A stretch of 64,000 nt of DNA from Hallerella sp. (GTDB lineage Bacteria; Bacillota_I; Bacilli_A; RFN20; CAG-826). Location of the stretch: NCBI GenBank assembly GCA_963648925.1, contig CAVJFO010000015.1:39383-103382 (forward strand), read 5' to 3'. Below, in pieces: positions 33,401-42,139 of this stretch (position 1 is its first letter; every line of letters begins with the position of its first letter). The translations under genes were made by a program, and so were the position numbers. The notes beneath the pieces were generated by a model. It was not told where the DNA came from, did no database searches, and saw only the letters and a list, made by a program, of their open reading frames with translations.

Positions 33401-35384
33401 CGCAACTCATCAATTCAAATTAGTTTCTCCATTTAAGCCTACAGGAGATCAGCCTAAAGCAATTGAAGAAGTGCTAAAAGGCATCGAAAAAGGCAAACGT
33501 TTTCAAGTTATCAAAGGTGCGACTGGTACTGGTAAAACTTTTACTGATGCAAACATAATTGCCGCCTTGAATAGACCAACTCTTGTTCTTGTTCACAATA
33601 AAACGTTAGCTTCCCAACTATACGGTGAGTTTAAGGAACTTTTTCCTGAGAATCGCGTTGAATACTTTGTTTCTAACTTCGATTTTTATCAGCCTGAAGC
33701 ATACGTCCCTAAAACGGATACATATATTGCTAAAGACGCAATGATGAATGATGAAATAGAACAATTAAGAACAAGTGCAGTTAACTCAATACTCGAAAGA
33801 AGAGACACGATTGTTGTCGCTTCTGTCGCTGCAATATATGGTTTGAGCGATCCTGAGGAATATTCGGGTTTAGTTTTCGAAATAAGAGTTGGGGAAACGC
33901 TTGACCGTAATAAACTCTTTAAAAGATTGGTTGATTCTCAATACACTAGAAACAATTTCGACCTTAACCCTGGAAATTTTAGAGTTCATGGGGATCTGAT
34001 TGATATATGTCCAATGACTCCAAGTGATTATTACGTAAGAATTGAATGCTTTGGAGATGATGTTGAACGTATCGTTGAAGTTGATAAATTAAGTGGAGAG
34101 ACACGCAAACTTTACCACACGTACCCCGTATATCCAGCTTATGATCACGCTTCATCGAGAAATAGAATCAACGCTGCTTGTAAAACAATTTCTGAAGAAC
34201 TTGATGAACGCCTTGCCTATTTCAAATCTGAAGGGAAACTCCTTGAGGCCGAACGTCTAGAAATGAGAACAAGACAAGATATCGAATCAATGCAAGAATT
34301 TGGACGTTGCCCAGGCATTGAAAATTATTCACGTCATATTGATGGTAGAAATGAAGGAGAAAGACCATTCTGCTTGATGGATTATTTTCCTGAAGACTAT
34401 CTTCTTTTAGTTGATGAATCGCATGTTACCTTTTCTCAAGTGAGAGGAATGTATTTTGGCGACCGCTCAAGAAAGGAAACGCTAGTTGAATATGGGTTCC
34501 GTTTGCCCTCCGCGCTAGATAATCGACCTTTGAATTTTGATGAATTCGAAAAATTAATGGCTAAAAATGTCGTATGTACATCTGCGACACCTGGAGAATA
34601 TGAACTCAATAAAGCTAATAATGAAGTCGTAGAACAAATAATTAGACCAACGGGCTTGCTTGACCCAATAATCGAAATTAGAAAACCGTTGGGCCAAATA
34701 GACGACATGATGCAAGAAATCAATGAGCGCATAAAGAAAAATGAACGTGTAATGATTGTTACTTTAACGATAAAAATGGCAGAAGATCTTACGGCTTATC
34801 TAAAATCGGAAGGAATTAAAGTAACATATCTTCAAAACGAAACAAAAACATTAGAACGAACTGAAATAATCTATCAATTAAGAAAAGGAAAATATGATGT
34901 ATTAGTTGGTATCAATCTTTTGCGCGAAGGATTAGATATTCCTGAAGTTTCACTTATTTGCATTCTTGACGCTGATAAGGAAGGATTCCTCCGTTCTAAA
35001 ACTTCCTTAATACAAATTACTGGCCGTGCAGCTAGAAACGCTAATGGCAAGGTTATCATGTATGCTGATTATATGACTGATTCGATGAGAGGATGTATTA
35101 ACGAAACAAATCGTCGAAGAAAAATACAAGAAGCCTACAACACCGAGCATAACGTTACACCAAAAACTATTGTTAAAGATATACGCCCTCCATTATCCAA
35201 TTCCGAAACAGAAGAAGACAAGATTGCGAAAACTATTCGTAAAAAGCTTTCGAAAAAAGATACCGAGGCACAAATCAAAAAACTTGAAAAAGAGATGCGC
35301 GATGCCGCTAAAGTATATGATTTCGAAAGAGCGGCTAAGATTCGCGATATTATTTTTGAATTAAAAGAGGAGGCATCCTTATGA
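33393..35384 (+). CDS. uvrB: excinuclease ABC subunit B
   Basis: Walker A GATGTGKTF, helicase motifs and a C-terminal UVR domain (YDFERAAKIRD). Confidence 0.97.
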   Translation: MSDATHQFKLVSPFKPTGDQPKAIEEVLKGIEKGKRFQVIKGATGTGKTFTDANIIAALNRPTLVLVHNKTLASQLYGEFKELFPENRVEYFVSNFDFYQPEAYVPKTDTYIAKDAMMNDEIEQLRTSAVNSILERRDTIVVASVAAIYGLSDPEEYSGLVFEIRVGETLDRNKLFKRLVDSQYTRNNFDLNPGNFRVHGDLIDICPMTPSDYYVRIECFGDDVERIVEVDKLSGETRKLYHTYPVYPAYDHASSRNRINAACKTISEELDERLAYFKSEGKLLEAERLEMRTRQDIESMQEFGRCPGIENYSRHIDGRNEGERPFCLMDYFPEDYLLLVDESHVTFSQVRGMYFGDRSRKETLVEYGFRLPSALDNRPLNFDEFEKLMAKNVVCTSATPGEYELNKANNEVVEQIIRPTGLLDPIIEIRKPLGQIDDMMQEINERIKKNERVMIVTLTIKMAEDLTAYLKSEGIKVTYLQNETKTLERTEIIYQLRKGKYDVLVGINLLREGLDIPEVSLICILDADKEGFLRSKTSLIQITGRAARNANGKVIMYADYMTDSMRGCINETNRRRKIQEAYNTEHNVTPKTIVKDIRPPLSNSETEEDKIAKTIRKKLSKKDTEAQIKKLEKEMRDAAKVYDFERAAKIRDIIFELKEEASL

Positions 35385-36004
35385 AAAAATATTATTATTT
35401 CGATTTTGATGGAACGCTAGGGGATTCCCTTCCTGGCTTAGTTAAACCATTTCAAATGGCCTTCGCCACAGAAGGCATCTTTTTAAGCGAAAATGACGTT
35501 CGAGAACTTACCCATATGGCATTTATTCAGATGTGCGAGAAGTTTAATATTAGAGATGAAAAAAAGATTCTTTCCTTATATAAATATCTCAATGAAAAGA
35601 TGTTTGATGAAGAAGAAATAGCCAAGGTTACTTTCTTCCCCGAAGTTAGAGAAGTTTTGGAAAAACTTAAAAAAGAAGGGGTGCGTGTAGCGATTGTTTC
35701 AGGAAATCACACCGATTACATCAAAAAAGCATTGGTTGCAAACAATCTGGATCAATATTTCGATTTCATAGTTGGAGGAAATACCGTTAATAAACCAAAG
35801 CCTTATCCAGACCCTCTTTTGAAAGCCATTGAACTTTCTGGGAATCCTTCAAAAAAGGACTGCATTTATATTGGTGATTCCCTCCAAGACGTTGCTTGTG
35901 CGAAAAATGCAGAAATCGATGGTATACTTTTAGATAGAAGAGCTGAATATGGCGACTACTCCGAAAGGAAAATCACCACTCTTATGGAGGCTATCGATGA
36001 ATAA
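35381..36004 (+). CDS. HAD-superfamily hydrolase (phosphoglycolate phosphatase/PpaX-like)
   Basis: DxDxT motif FDFDGTLGDS, then VSGN and GDSLQD. Overlaps uvrB by 4 nt. Confidence 0.8.
   Translation: MKKYYYFDFDGTLGDSLPGLVKPFQMAFATEGIFLSENDVRELTHMAFIQMCEKFNIRDEKKILSLYKYLNEKMFDEEEIAKVTFFPEVREVLEKLKKEGVRVAIVSGNHTDYIKKALVANNLDQYFDFIVGGNTVNKPKPYPDPLLKAIELSGNPSKKDCIYIGDSLQDVACAKNAEIDGILLDRRAEYGDYSERKITTLMEAIDE
35671..35689 (+). repeat. copy 2 of the 19-nt motif
   Basis: Reads AAAAGAAGGGGTGCGTGTA, identical to 4542-4560. It lies inside the HAD CDS and encodes KEGVRV. Confidence 0.7.
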
Positions 36005-36845
36005 CCTTGAAACAGTTAACGTTTTATTCTGCTTAGATAATAAATGTTTTGATGGTTTGCTTATTACGTGTCTTTCAATGGCAAAAACAACCAAGCATCC
36101 GTTAAATATTTTTATTGGAACGGGTAATTTCATCACAAAAAAGAAGAAATATGCCGCATTCAGGCAAGAACAACTCGATTTTATTGCTGAAAAAGTTAAA
36201 AAACACAACCCTAACATTTCATTTCATTTACTAGACCTTACCGATGAGATGATGGAACATTTAGGAAAATCGGTCAATTATAATGGCAAATTTTCGCCGC
36301 TTTCATTGATTAGACTGCTTTCTGATTTCCATCCTGAATTTGGAAACAAACTCCTTTATTTAGATGTTGATTTAGTCATCATGGATGATATCTACAAAGT
36401 CTTTTCAACGGATTTAGGGAATAACGATATCGGAATGGTAAAAGATGAGGTAGGTTCACATTGGCTTGGTAAAAATTACTGTAATTCTGGTGTCTTATTA
36501 ATGAATCTAGCTAAATTAAGAGAAAACCATCATTTTGATATAGTAAGAAAAAAAGTAATTAACAATAAATATTTTATGCCAGATCAAACCGCTTTAAATA
36601 GAGGACTCAGTAAAACGAAACAAATTCTTTCACCAAGATTTAATGACCAGCACTTTATCCACGAAGACACGGTTATTAGACATTATTGTCAATGGATAAA
36701 AATAAATAAAAAGGGCATTGGAAACGTTGCAGAAAAACCTTGGAATGTCGAAAAATTCAGAAAAACATATGGGGAGGATACACACAAAGAACTTCTAGAT
36801 GAATTTCTTCTTCTAAAAGAAGAATATTTAAAGACAAATAAGTGA
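35997..36845 (+). CDS. glycosyltransferase family 8
   Basis: GT8 layout with DxD (LDVDLVI) and NSGVLLMNL. I chose ATG 35997 because it is preceded by GGAGG at 6 nt. Confidence 0.75.
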   Translation: MNNLETVNVLFCLDNKCFDGLLITCLSMAKTTKHPLNIFIGTGNFITKKKKYAAFRQEQLDFIAEKVKKHNPNISFHLLDLTDEMMEHLGKSVNYNGKFSPLSLIRLLSDFHPEFGNKLLYLDVDLVIMDDIYKVFSTDLGNNDIGMVKDEVGSHWLGKNYCNSGVLLMNLAKLRENHHFDIVRKKVINNKYFMPDQTALNRGLSKTKQILSPRFNDQHFIHEDTVIRHYCQWIKINKKGIGNVAEKPWNVEKFRKTYGEDTHKELLDEFLLLKEEYLKTNK

Positions 36846-36938
36846 TGAATCAATCATTCTTTCATTGCGAAAAAGTCATTTCTATAATAAAGTTATATGG
36901 CGTTCTTTTAAGAATGTGTGTTTAGGTGAACAAAAATT

Positions 36939-37250
36939 ATGCATTGGTACGATATAATCTTCATAATCATTTCATTGATTGTTATCATTCTCTCCCTTCT
37001 TCAAGGCGGTAAATCTGAAGGTGCTTCCGGCGCTATTACCGGTGGAGGATTGAATGTTTTTGCTAAAACAAAAGAGAGAGGATCAGAAAAAATCGTTTCT
37101 TGGTTAACGTTCGGATTTGGAATTCTCTTCTTATTCATGGCTATTCTTGTCATGTTAATGAACAATTCCTCATCAAGTTCATCTTCCTCTTCATCATCTG
37201 AATCTACTGCTGCAGCAGTTTCGATGATTCTTCCGTTCCTCGGATTATAA
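36939..37250 (+). CDS. secG: preprotein translocase subunit SecG with Ser-rich C-terminal extension
   Basis: Two TMs with the LLQGGKSEG...GG loop typical of SecG, followed by a run of 13 serines and a short hydrophobic end. Confidence 0.65.
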   Translation: MHWYDIIFIIISLIVIILSLLQGGKSEGASGAITGGGLNVFAKTKERGSEKIVSWLTFGFGILFLFMAILVMLMNNSSSSSSSSSSSESTAAAVSMILPFLGL

Positions 37251-37260
37251 TTCATAAGTT

Positions 37261-37296
37261 AAAAACCCCTAAGGCAGTCGTCTTAGGGGTTTTCTT
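37261..37296. terminator. bidirectional intrinsic terminator
   Basis: AAAAACCCCTAAG pairs with CTTAGGGGTTTTC. Confidence 0.75.
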
Positions 37297-37310
37297 GTTT
37301 TGCAGTAATG

Positions 37311-37754
37311 CTATTTGACTATAACTGTTCCGTCTTCTTTTATTTCTATTGAATCGCCGGTTTTAACCGTTTCAAGGAATTCGTCGCCAAGTTCATCTAT
37401 TGCAATGATGTTAGCGTTATTCCAAACATTAGATAGGATAATGCCTGATGCTGCTAAAGGATCGATATGGTGAGAGAATAACCATGCTTTTGGGGCTAGA
37501 TTTCTAACCGCAATAGTTTGGATTACCATTCCTCCTGTTGTAGAGCCAATTGTTTCAGGCATGCATAAAGCTTTACCTGTGATGTTTTTCTTATAAAGAT
37601 CTTTATTGTTTTGATCTGAAACAATAATTTTCTTTGATGTCGCTAATAACGCACTTGTTTGACATGAAGCCAAAGTATTAAATCCTTCATGGGAAACGAC
37701 TGCTTCGCCCTTCCATGCGCTTGCAGCAATGACGCGTCCGTGGAATTCTTTCAT
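37311..37754 (-). CDS. aconitase X swivel-domain subunit (DUF126)
   Basis: 147-aa ORF with the DUF126 pattern (G.A.GEAVVS..GF, GSTTGG). It starts 2 nt after the DUF521 stop. Confidence 0.75.
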   Translation of the reverse strand: MKEFHGRVIAASAWKGEAVVSHEGFNTLASCQTSALLATSKKIIVSDQNNKDLYKKNITGKALCMPETIGSTTGGMVIQTIAVRNLAPKAWLFSHHIDPLAASGIILSNVWNNANIIAIDELGDEFLETVKTGDSIEIKEDGTVIVK

Positions 37755-37755
37755 C

Positions 37756-39057
37756 TTATTTGACCTCCTTTTGACCAGTAATTATCTCTAAAACATCTTT
37801 GTCTTTGAAATATCTAGCTTTTGTATAAGTTCTAAGCTTATTAGAATTTGTCATTAATGTTTTCTTCCCTGATATTGGATTATCAGCATACATAAGTGGG
37901 CAAATATAAGATACATGCGCACCTGAATTCAACAGTTTTTGATATCTATCTTCTTTTTTGAATTCATTTATGACAGCAGGAGAAGTGGTTAGTACCGTAT
38001 CAATAACGAGTTTAGTTTTTCCACTCTTCTTAAGACCATCGATTATATCGTCTGTCCATGTTTCTAATTGCTTTAGGGTTAAATGAGGACATCCAATGAA
38101 GCAACGATGAACTTTTGCATCTGGCTTTTTCCACATAACTGGATAGGATCTATAAACTCTTTCGAGTTCTGCATCATCGATAACGTATTCTTTTGCGTTT
38201 TCTTTGATGAGGCTTCTTCCGAGTTCCTTTGCCTCTGGCGTAATGCCATCAATGTGATAAAGACCAACCGCGCCATTTGAGGCTGTTGCAGCACCGAAAT
38301 CTTTTAAGTATGCGATTGTATCTTCATCTGGAAGATTGTCTAAATATTTATCAAGTCCAACAACATAAGGCACTTCCGCCATGACTTTAAGCCCTATTGC
38401 AGAGCCTAAAATTTGAGCTTCTGGTTTTTTGCTTGTTTTTAAAACAATTTTCCAGTCGGCTTTTCTTCCTTCATCAGTGATGAAACCAAAGTTAGGAGTT
38501 TTTCCTAAAATCGCTTCAAACATATCAAGGATACCGGAATTTCTATTACATCTAGCCCCTAATACTGAGTTAGCAAAGACAACGGCTGAAGATTCGCTCC
38601 ATGCAAGAATGTCCCCTTTTTTAGGCGTATTTCCCATTTCTTTTAAATAACATGTGCAAGAGAAGGCTTCCTCAACATTCGTTAAACCGATTTTCTTTAA
38701 TTGATCTTCGTATAAGTCTTGTTTGTTATACATGAAATGATTGAAGACCAATTTCTCAATAGGATCGCACTTAACGTTTTCATAATCGAGTGGACGTGGA
38801 TCCATCGTAAAACCGCCTTCAACAACTAAGCCCGCTTTAATAAGTTCATCCATCAAAGGATAAACGCCTTTAAGCAATCCCAGTCCAAAGCTTGTGACGA
38901 AATGGGCTTTTTTGTGTGTTACAGGGATTAATCTATCAGCACCAAAGGCATCGCCATATCTAACGACCACCTCCATTATTTTTGCTTTAGTTTCGCCTTC
39001 TTTTCCTTCTAAGATATCTAACTCTTCAGGAGTTAATTTCATTTTTGGTTGATACAT
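37756..39057 (-). CDS. aconitase X catalytic subunit (DUF521)
   Basis: 433-aa ORF with the N-terminal LTPEELDILEGKEGE..K..ME pattern and conserved Cys positions (GARCNRNSG, CFIGCPH, YICP) typical of DUF521/AcnX. Confidence 0.75.
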   Translation of the reverse strand: MYQPKMKLTPEELDILEGKEGETKAKIMEVVVRYGDAFGADRLIPVTHKKAHFVTSFGLGLLKGVYPLMDELIKAGLVVEGGFTMDPRPLDYENVKCDPIEKLVFNHFMYNKQDLYEDQLKKIGLTNVEEAFSCTCYLKEMGNTPKKGDILAWSESSAVVFANSVLGARCNRNSGILDMFEAILGKTPNFGFITDEGRKADWKIVLKTSKKPEAQILGSAIGLKVMAEVPYVVGLDKYLDNLPDEDTIAYLKDFGAATASNGAVGLYHIDGITPEAKELGRSLIKENAKEYVIDDAELERVYRSYPVMWKKPDAKVHRCFIGCPHLTLKQLETWTDDIIDGLKKSGKTKLVIDTVLTTSPAVINEFKKEDRYQKLLNSGAHVSYICPLMYADNPISGKKTLMTNSNKLRTYTKARYFKDKDVLEIITGQKEVK

Positions 39058-39071
39058 GTCTCGCTCCTTTT

Positions 39072-41120
39072 TTAAATTTTCATAGCTGTTTCATAAGCAC
39101 ACCATATAGCCGAACGGAGATTTCCAACTTTCTTGCAGTCGCCAACTAAATGGATATTTTTCCCTTCATCAACAAGTGGTGTAGGCTTGTAACCAATAGA
39201 AAGAATTACTGTGTCTGCAGGAATCTCTATATCGCCATTCTTTGTTTTGCAAATGATTTTGTCATCTTTGATTTCTTTCAAGCATGTTTCAAGATAGACT
39301 GGGATTTTATGCAAGGCAAAATAATCTCTTAGATATTGCGAATTGGCCATGCAAACGCCTTTTTGCTTTACAAGATCATCCATAGCCTCAACGATTGAGA
39401 CTTCCTTGCCGTCAAGCGCAAGTTCGTATGCACATTCGCAACCCGTTAATCCGCCTCCGACTACAACAACCTTGTTTCCAATTTTAGCGCCGTTTAAGAA
39501 ATCTGTTGCATCCATCGCTTTTTCAATACCCGGCAGAGGGAACTTTTTAGCGACGCTACCAGTACAAACGATATATTCATCCGCTTTGATATCTTTGATA
39601 TTTTTAACTTCTGTATTTAGGTGAACTGGAATTTCTAATTCTTTCATTTGAAGAATATACCAAGCAAGTAAATCTCTAAGTTTACCTTTAAAAGATGCGG
39701 CTGAGGCAGGGACGAATACTCCGCCTAAATGATCGCTCTTTTCATAAATTTCAGGCTTATGGCCACGAAGTTTAGCTACACGTGCGGCTTCCATTCCGCC
39801 AATTCCGCCACCAATAATAGCAACAGTTTTTGGGGAAGATGTTTTCTTTATATAGTGAACATTCGTTTGCATTGTTTCGGCATTTACTGCGCAACGTGCA
39901 AGGTGCAATGAATCTTGAAGGCTTTGATCGTTTGCTGTTCCTTTATAATGACACATATTGAAACAGCCGTTATGACAATAGATACAAGGTCTAATTTCTT
40001 CTTCATGACCTTCTTTTAATTTGGTAACCCATGCGCCATCGGCTAAGAATGGACGAGCATATCCAACTGCATCGATTTTGCCTTCTTCAATGGCTTTCGC
40101 TCCGACATATGGTGACATTCTTCCTGCTACAATCACTGGTATATCAACGAATTTTTTAATATGTTCGACTTCATCTAAGTTACAATTCTCTGGCATATAT
40201 ATAGGTGGATGAGCCCAATACCAAGCGTCATATGTTCCGTTATCGCAATTTAACATATCGTATCCAGCGTCTTGGAGATATTTAGCTGCTTTTTCTGATT
40301 CGGCCATATCTCTTCCTGCTTCAACGAAATCTTCTCCAGGAAGCGCGCCTGATCTGAATCCTTTCGTCTTAGAAACGACAGAATAGCGTAAAGATACAGG
40401 GAAATCTTTGCCGCATGTTTCTTTTATCGCTTTAACGATTTCAACTGGGAAACGATATCTATTTTCAAAAGAACCGCCATATTCATCCGTACGTTTGTTA
40501 ACGTATTTAAGGGTGAATTGATCAAGCATATATCCTTCGTGGACGGCGTGAATTTCAACTCCGTCAACGCCAGCGTCTTTTAATAATTTGGCCGTTTTAG
40601 CAAATGCATCGATGAATTTGTGTATTTCCTTTATTGTCATCTCTCTTGAAGGGACTTTATCAGACCAAACATTTGGAGAAGCGCTAGAAGAAGCGCATAT
40701 TTTGTCAAAATTTAAAACTGGTTTTGATAAAACACGTAAAAACTTATTTGTGTAAAGTTTTTCCATTGTTGGAGAAATTGTGAACGATCTTCCAAACCCA
40801 GCCGTAAGCTGAACAAACATCTTTGCGCCATATTTGTGTATTTCGTCCATAAACGGCTTCAATTTCTTGAACATGCCTTTCTTCTTATAGAGCCATTGCC
40901 CAAACATTGGGTTATAAACTGGTTGAATGCCAGGAAGAATAAGACCGACGTCATGCTCTGCTTTATCTAACAAAAACTTAGCTGCCTCCTTGTCAAAATG
41001 GTTTATCTCCATCCAGCCAAACAAAGAAGTGCCACCCATAGAAGTCATGACAAAACGATTCTTGATTTCGCAATTGCCGATCTTCCATGGCGTGAAAAGA
41101 GGATTTAATTTTTCATCCAT
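39072..41120 (-). CDS. OYE-like FMN / 4Fe-4S / FAD-NAD(P) oxidoreductase (2-enoate reductase / 2,4-dienoyl-CoA reductase family)
   Basis: An N-terminal TIM-barrel OYE domain is followed by the Cys cluster CIYCHNGC..C and the dinucleotide folds GGGIGG and VVGGGLTG. Confidence 0.8.
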   Translation of the reverse strand: MDEKLNPLFTPWKIGNCEIKNRFVMTSMGGTSLFGWMEINHFDKEAAKFLLDKAEHDVGLILPGIQPVYNPMFGQWLYKKKGMFKKLKPFMDEIHKYGAKMFVQLTAGFGRSFTISPTMEKLYTNKFLRVLSKPVLNFDKICASSSASPNVWSDKVPSREMTIKEIHKFIDAFAKTAKLLKDAGVDGVEIHAVHEGYMLDQFTLKYVNKRTDEYGGSFENRYRFPVEIVKAIKETCGKDFPVSLRYSVVSKTKGFRSGALPGEDFVEAGRDMAESEKAAKYLQDAGYDMLNCDNGTYDAWYWAHPPIYMPENCNLDEVEHIKKFVDIPVIVAGRMSPYVGAKAIEEGKIDAVGYARPFLADGAWVTKLKEGHEEEIRPCIYCHNGCFNMCHYKGTANDQSLQDSLHLARCAVNAETMQTNVHYIKKTSSPKTVAIIGGGIGGMEAARVAKLRGHKPEIYEKSDHLGGVFVPASAASFKGKLRDLLAWYILQMKELEIPVHLNTEVKNIKDIKADEYIVCTGSVAKKFPLPGIEKAMDATDFLNGAKIGNKVVVVGGGLTGCECAYELALDGKEVSIVEAMDDLVKQKGVCMANSQYLRDYFALHKIPVYLETCLKEIKDDKIICKTKNGDIEIPADTVILSIGYKPTPLVDEGKNIHLVGDCKKVGNLRSAIWCAYETAMKI

Positions 41121-41252
41121 ATAATTTCTCCTTAATACCTATTTATTATATAAAATTGTCGACATATCAGTCCATAATTATCGATTTAAAATCACATACA
41201 TTTAGTGAAATGAAATTAACCTCATAATAAAATACAAAGCGTAGGTGAATTT

Positions 41253-42044
41253 ATGACAATAAAAGAATATGCAGCATTTAGAAAAGAACAGTTGAAAGAA
41301 GAAATTGGCAAAATGGAAAATAAGCCAGTTTTATCGATAATAACGGTTGGAGATGATCCAGCATCGGAGGCATATGTGCGAGGCAAAAAGAAAGATGCAG
41401 CAGAAGTAGGCATTGAAGCCCTTCACACCGTATTTCCATCTGATGTTACGGAAGAGGAAGTCCTTGCTTTAATCGCTAAACAAAACGATGACCCAACAAT
41501 TAAGGGGATTATCGTTCAATTGCCTTTGCCAAAGCACATTTCAGTAAATAGAATCAATGAAACAATTTCTCCAAAGAAAGATGTAGATGGCTTTACTCTT
41601 GGTAGTCATTTCGATCCTTGCACGCCAAAAGGAATAATTAACTATCTAACAAATGAAGGCTTTTCTTTCGAAGGAAAAAATGCAGTTGTTGTTGGACGTT
41701 CCGAGATAGTCGGAAAACCAATGGCAAGGATGTTATTAGAAAAGAACTGCAACGTTGTTCAGCTACATTCAAAAACATCTAGAGAAGACAAAGAATTTTA
41801 CTTTGCGCACGCTGATCTTATCGTTTCAGCCATTGGCAGAATGTTTATCTGGGATGAAACTTATTCGTATAAGACTGACGCATATTTGATTGATGTTGGA
41901 ATCAATAGAGGAGAAGATGGACATTTACATGGCGATTTCGTTCCTAACCTTCCCGTTAAATATCAAAGCCCTGTTCCTGGAGGAGTTGGATTACTTACTC
42001 GTTTAGCTTTATTGGAAAATCTCTTTGAAGCAGCAAAGATGTAA
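41253..42044 (+). CDS. folD: bifunctional methylenetetrahydrofolate dehydrogenase/cyclohydrolase
   Basis: Motifs VGDDPASEAYVRGKKK, VQLPLP, VVGRSEIVGKP and PVPGGVG. Confidence 0.92.
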   Translation: MTIKEYAAFRKEQLKEEIGKMENKPVLSIITVGDDPASEAYVRGKKKDAAEVGIEALHTVFPSDVTEEEVLALIAKQNDDPTIKGIIVQLPLPKHISVNRINETISPKKDVDGFTLGSHFDPCTPKGIINYLTNEGFSFEGKNAVVVGRSEIVGKPMARMLLEKNCNVVQLHSKTSREDKEFYFAHADLIVSAIGRMFIWDETYSYKTDAYLIDVGINRGEDGHLHGDFVPNLPVKYQSPVPGGVGLLTRLALLENLFEAAKM

Positions 42045-42045
42045 A

Positions 42046-42085
42046 CAAAAATCCAAAAATCCCCTGCAAAACCCCTATAATTTTT
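42046..42085 (+). repeat. copy D (reference copy) of the C-rich element
   Basis: Reads CAAAAATCCAAAAATCCCCTGCAAAACCCCTATAATTTTT. It begins 2 nt after the folD stop and ends 16 nt before the terminator stem. Confidence 0.75.
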
Positions 42086-42094
42086 GAAAAGCAA

Positions 42095-42130
42095 ACAAAA
42101 AAACCGCGTATTCAAACGCGGTTTTGTTTT
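42095..42130. terminator. bidirectional intrinsic terminator
   Basis: AACCGCGT (42102-42109) pairs with ACGCGGTT (42116-42123), flanked by an A-run and a T-run. Confidence 0.75.
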
Positions 42131-42139
42131 GTATATTAC

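Noticed and set aside
42061-42085. The C-rich element as a sigma-70 promoter (CCCC followed by TATAAT or TAAAAT in copy D, copy A and the pcrA half copy)
   Set aside because: No copy has a -35-like hexamer at 16-18 nt. Three copies also sit at gene 3' ends facing a terminator, where a promoter makes little sense.
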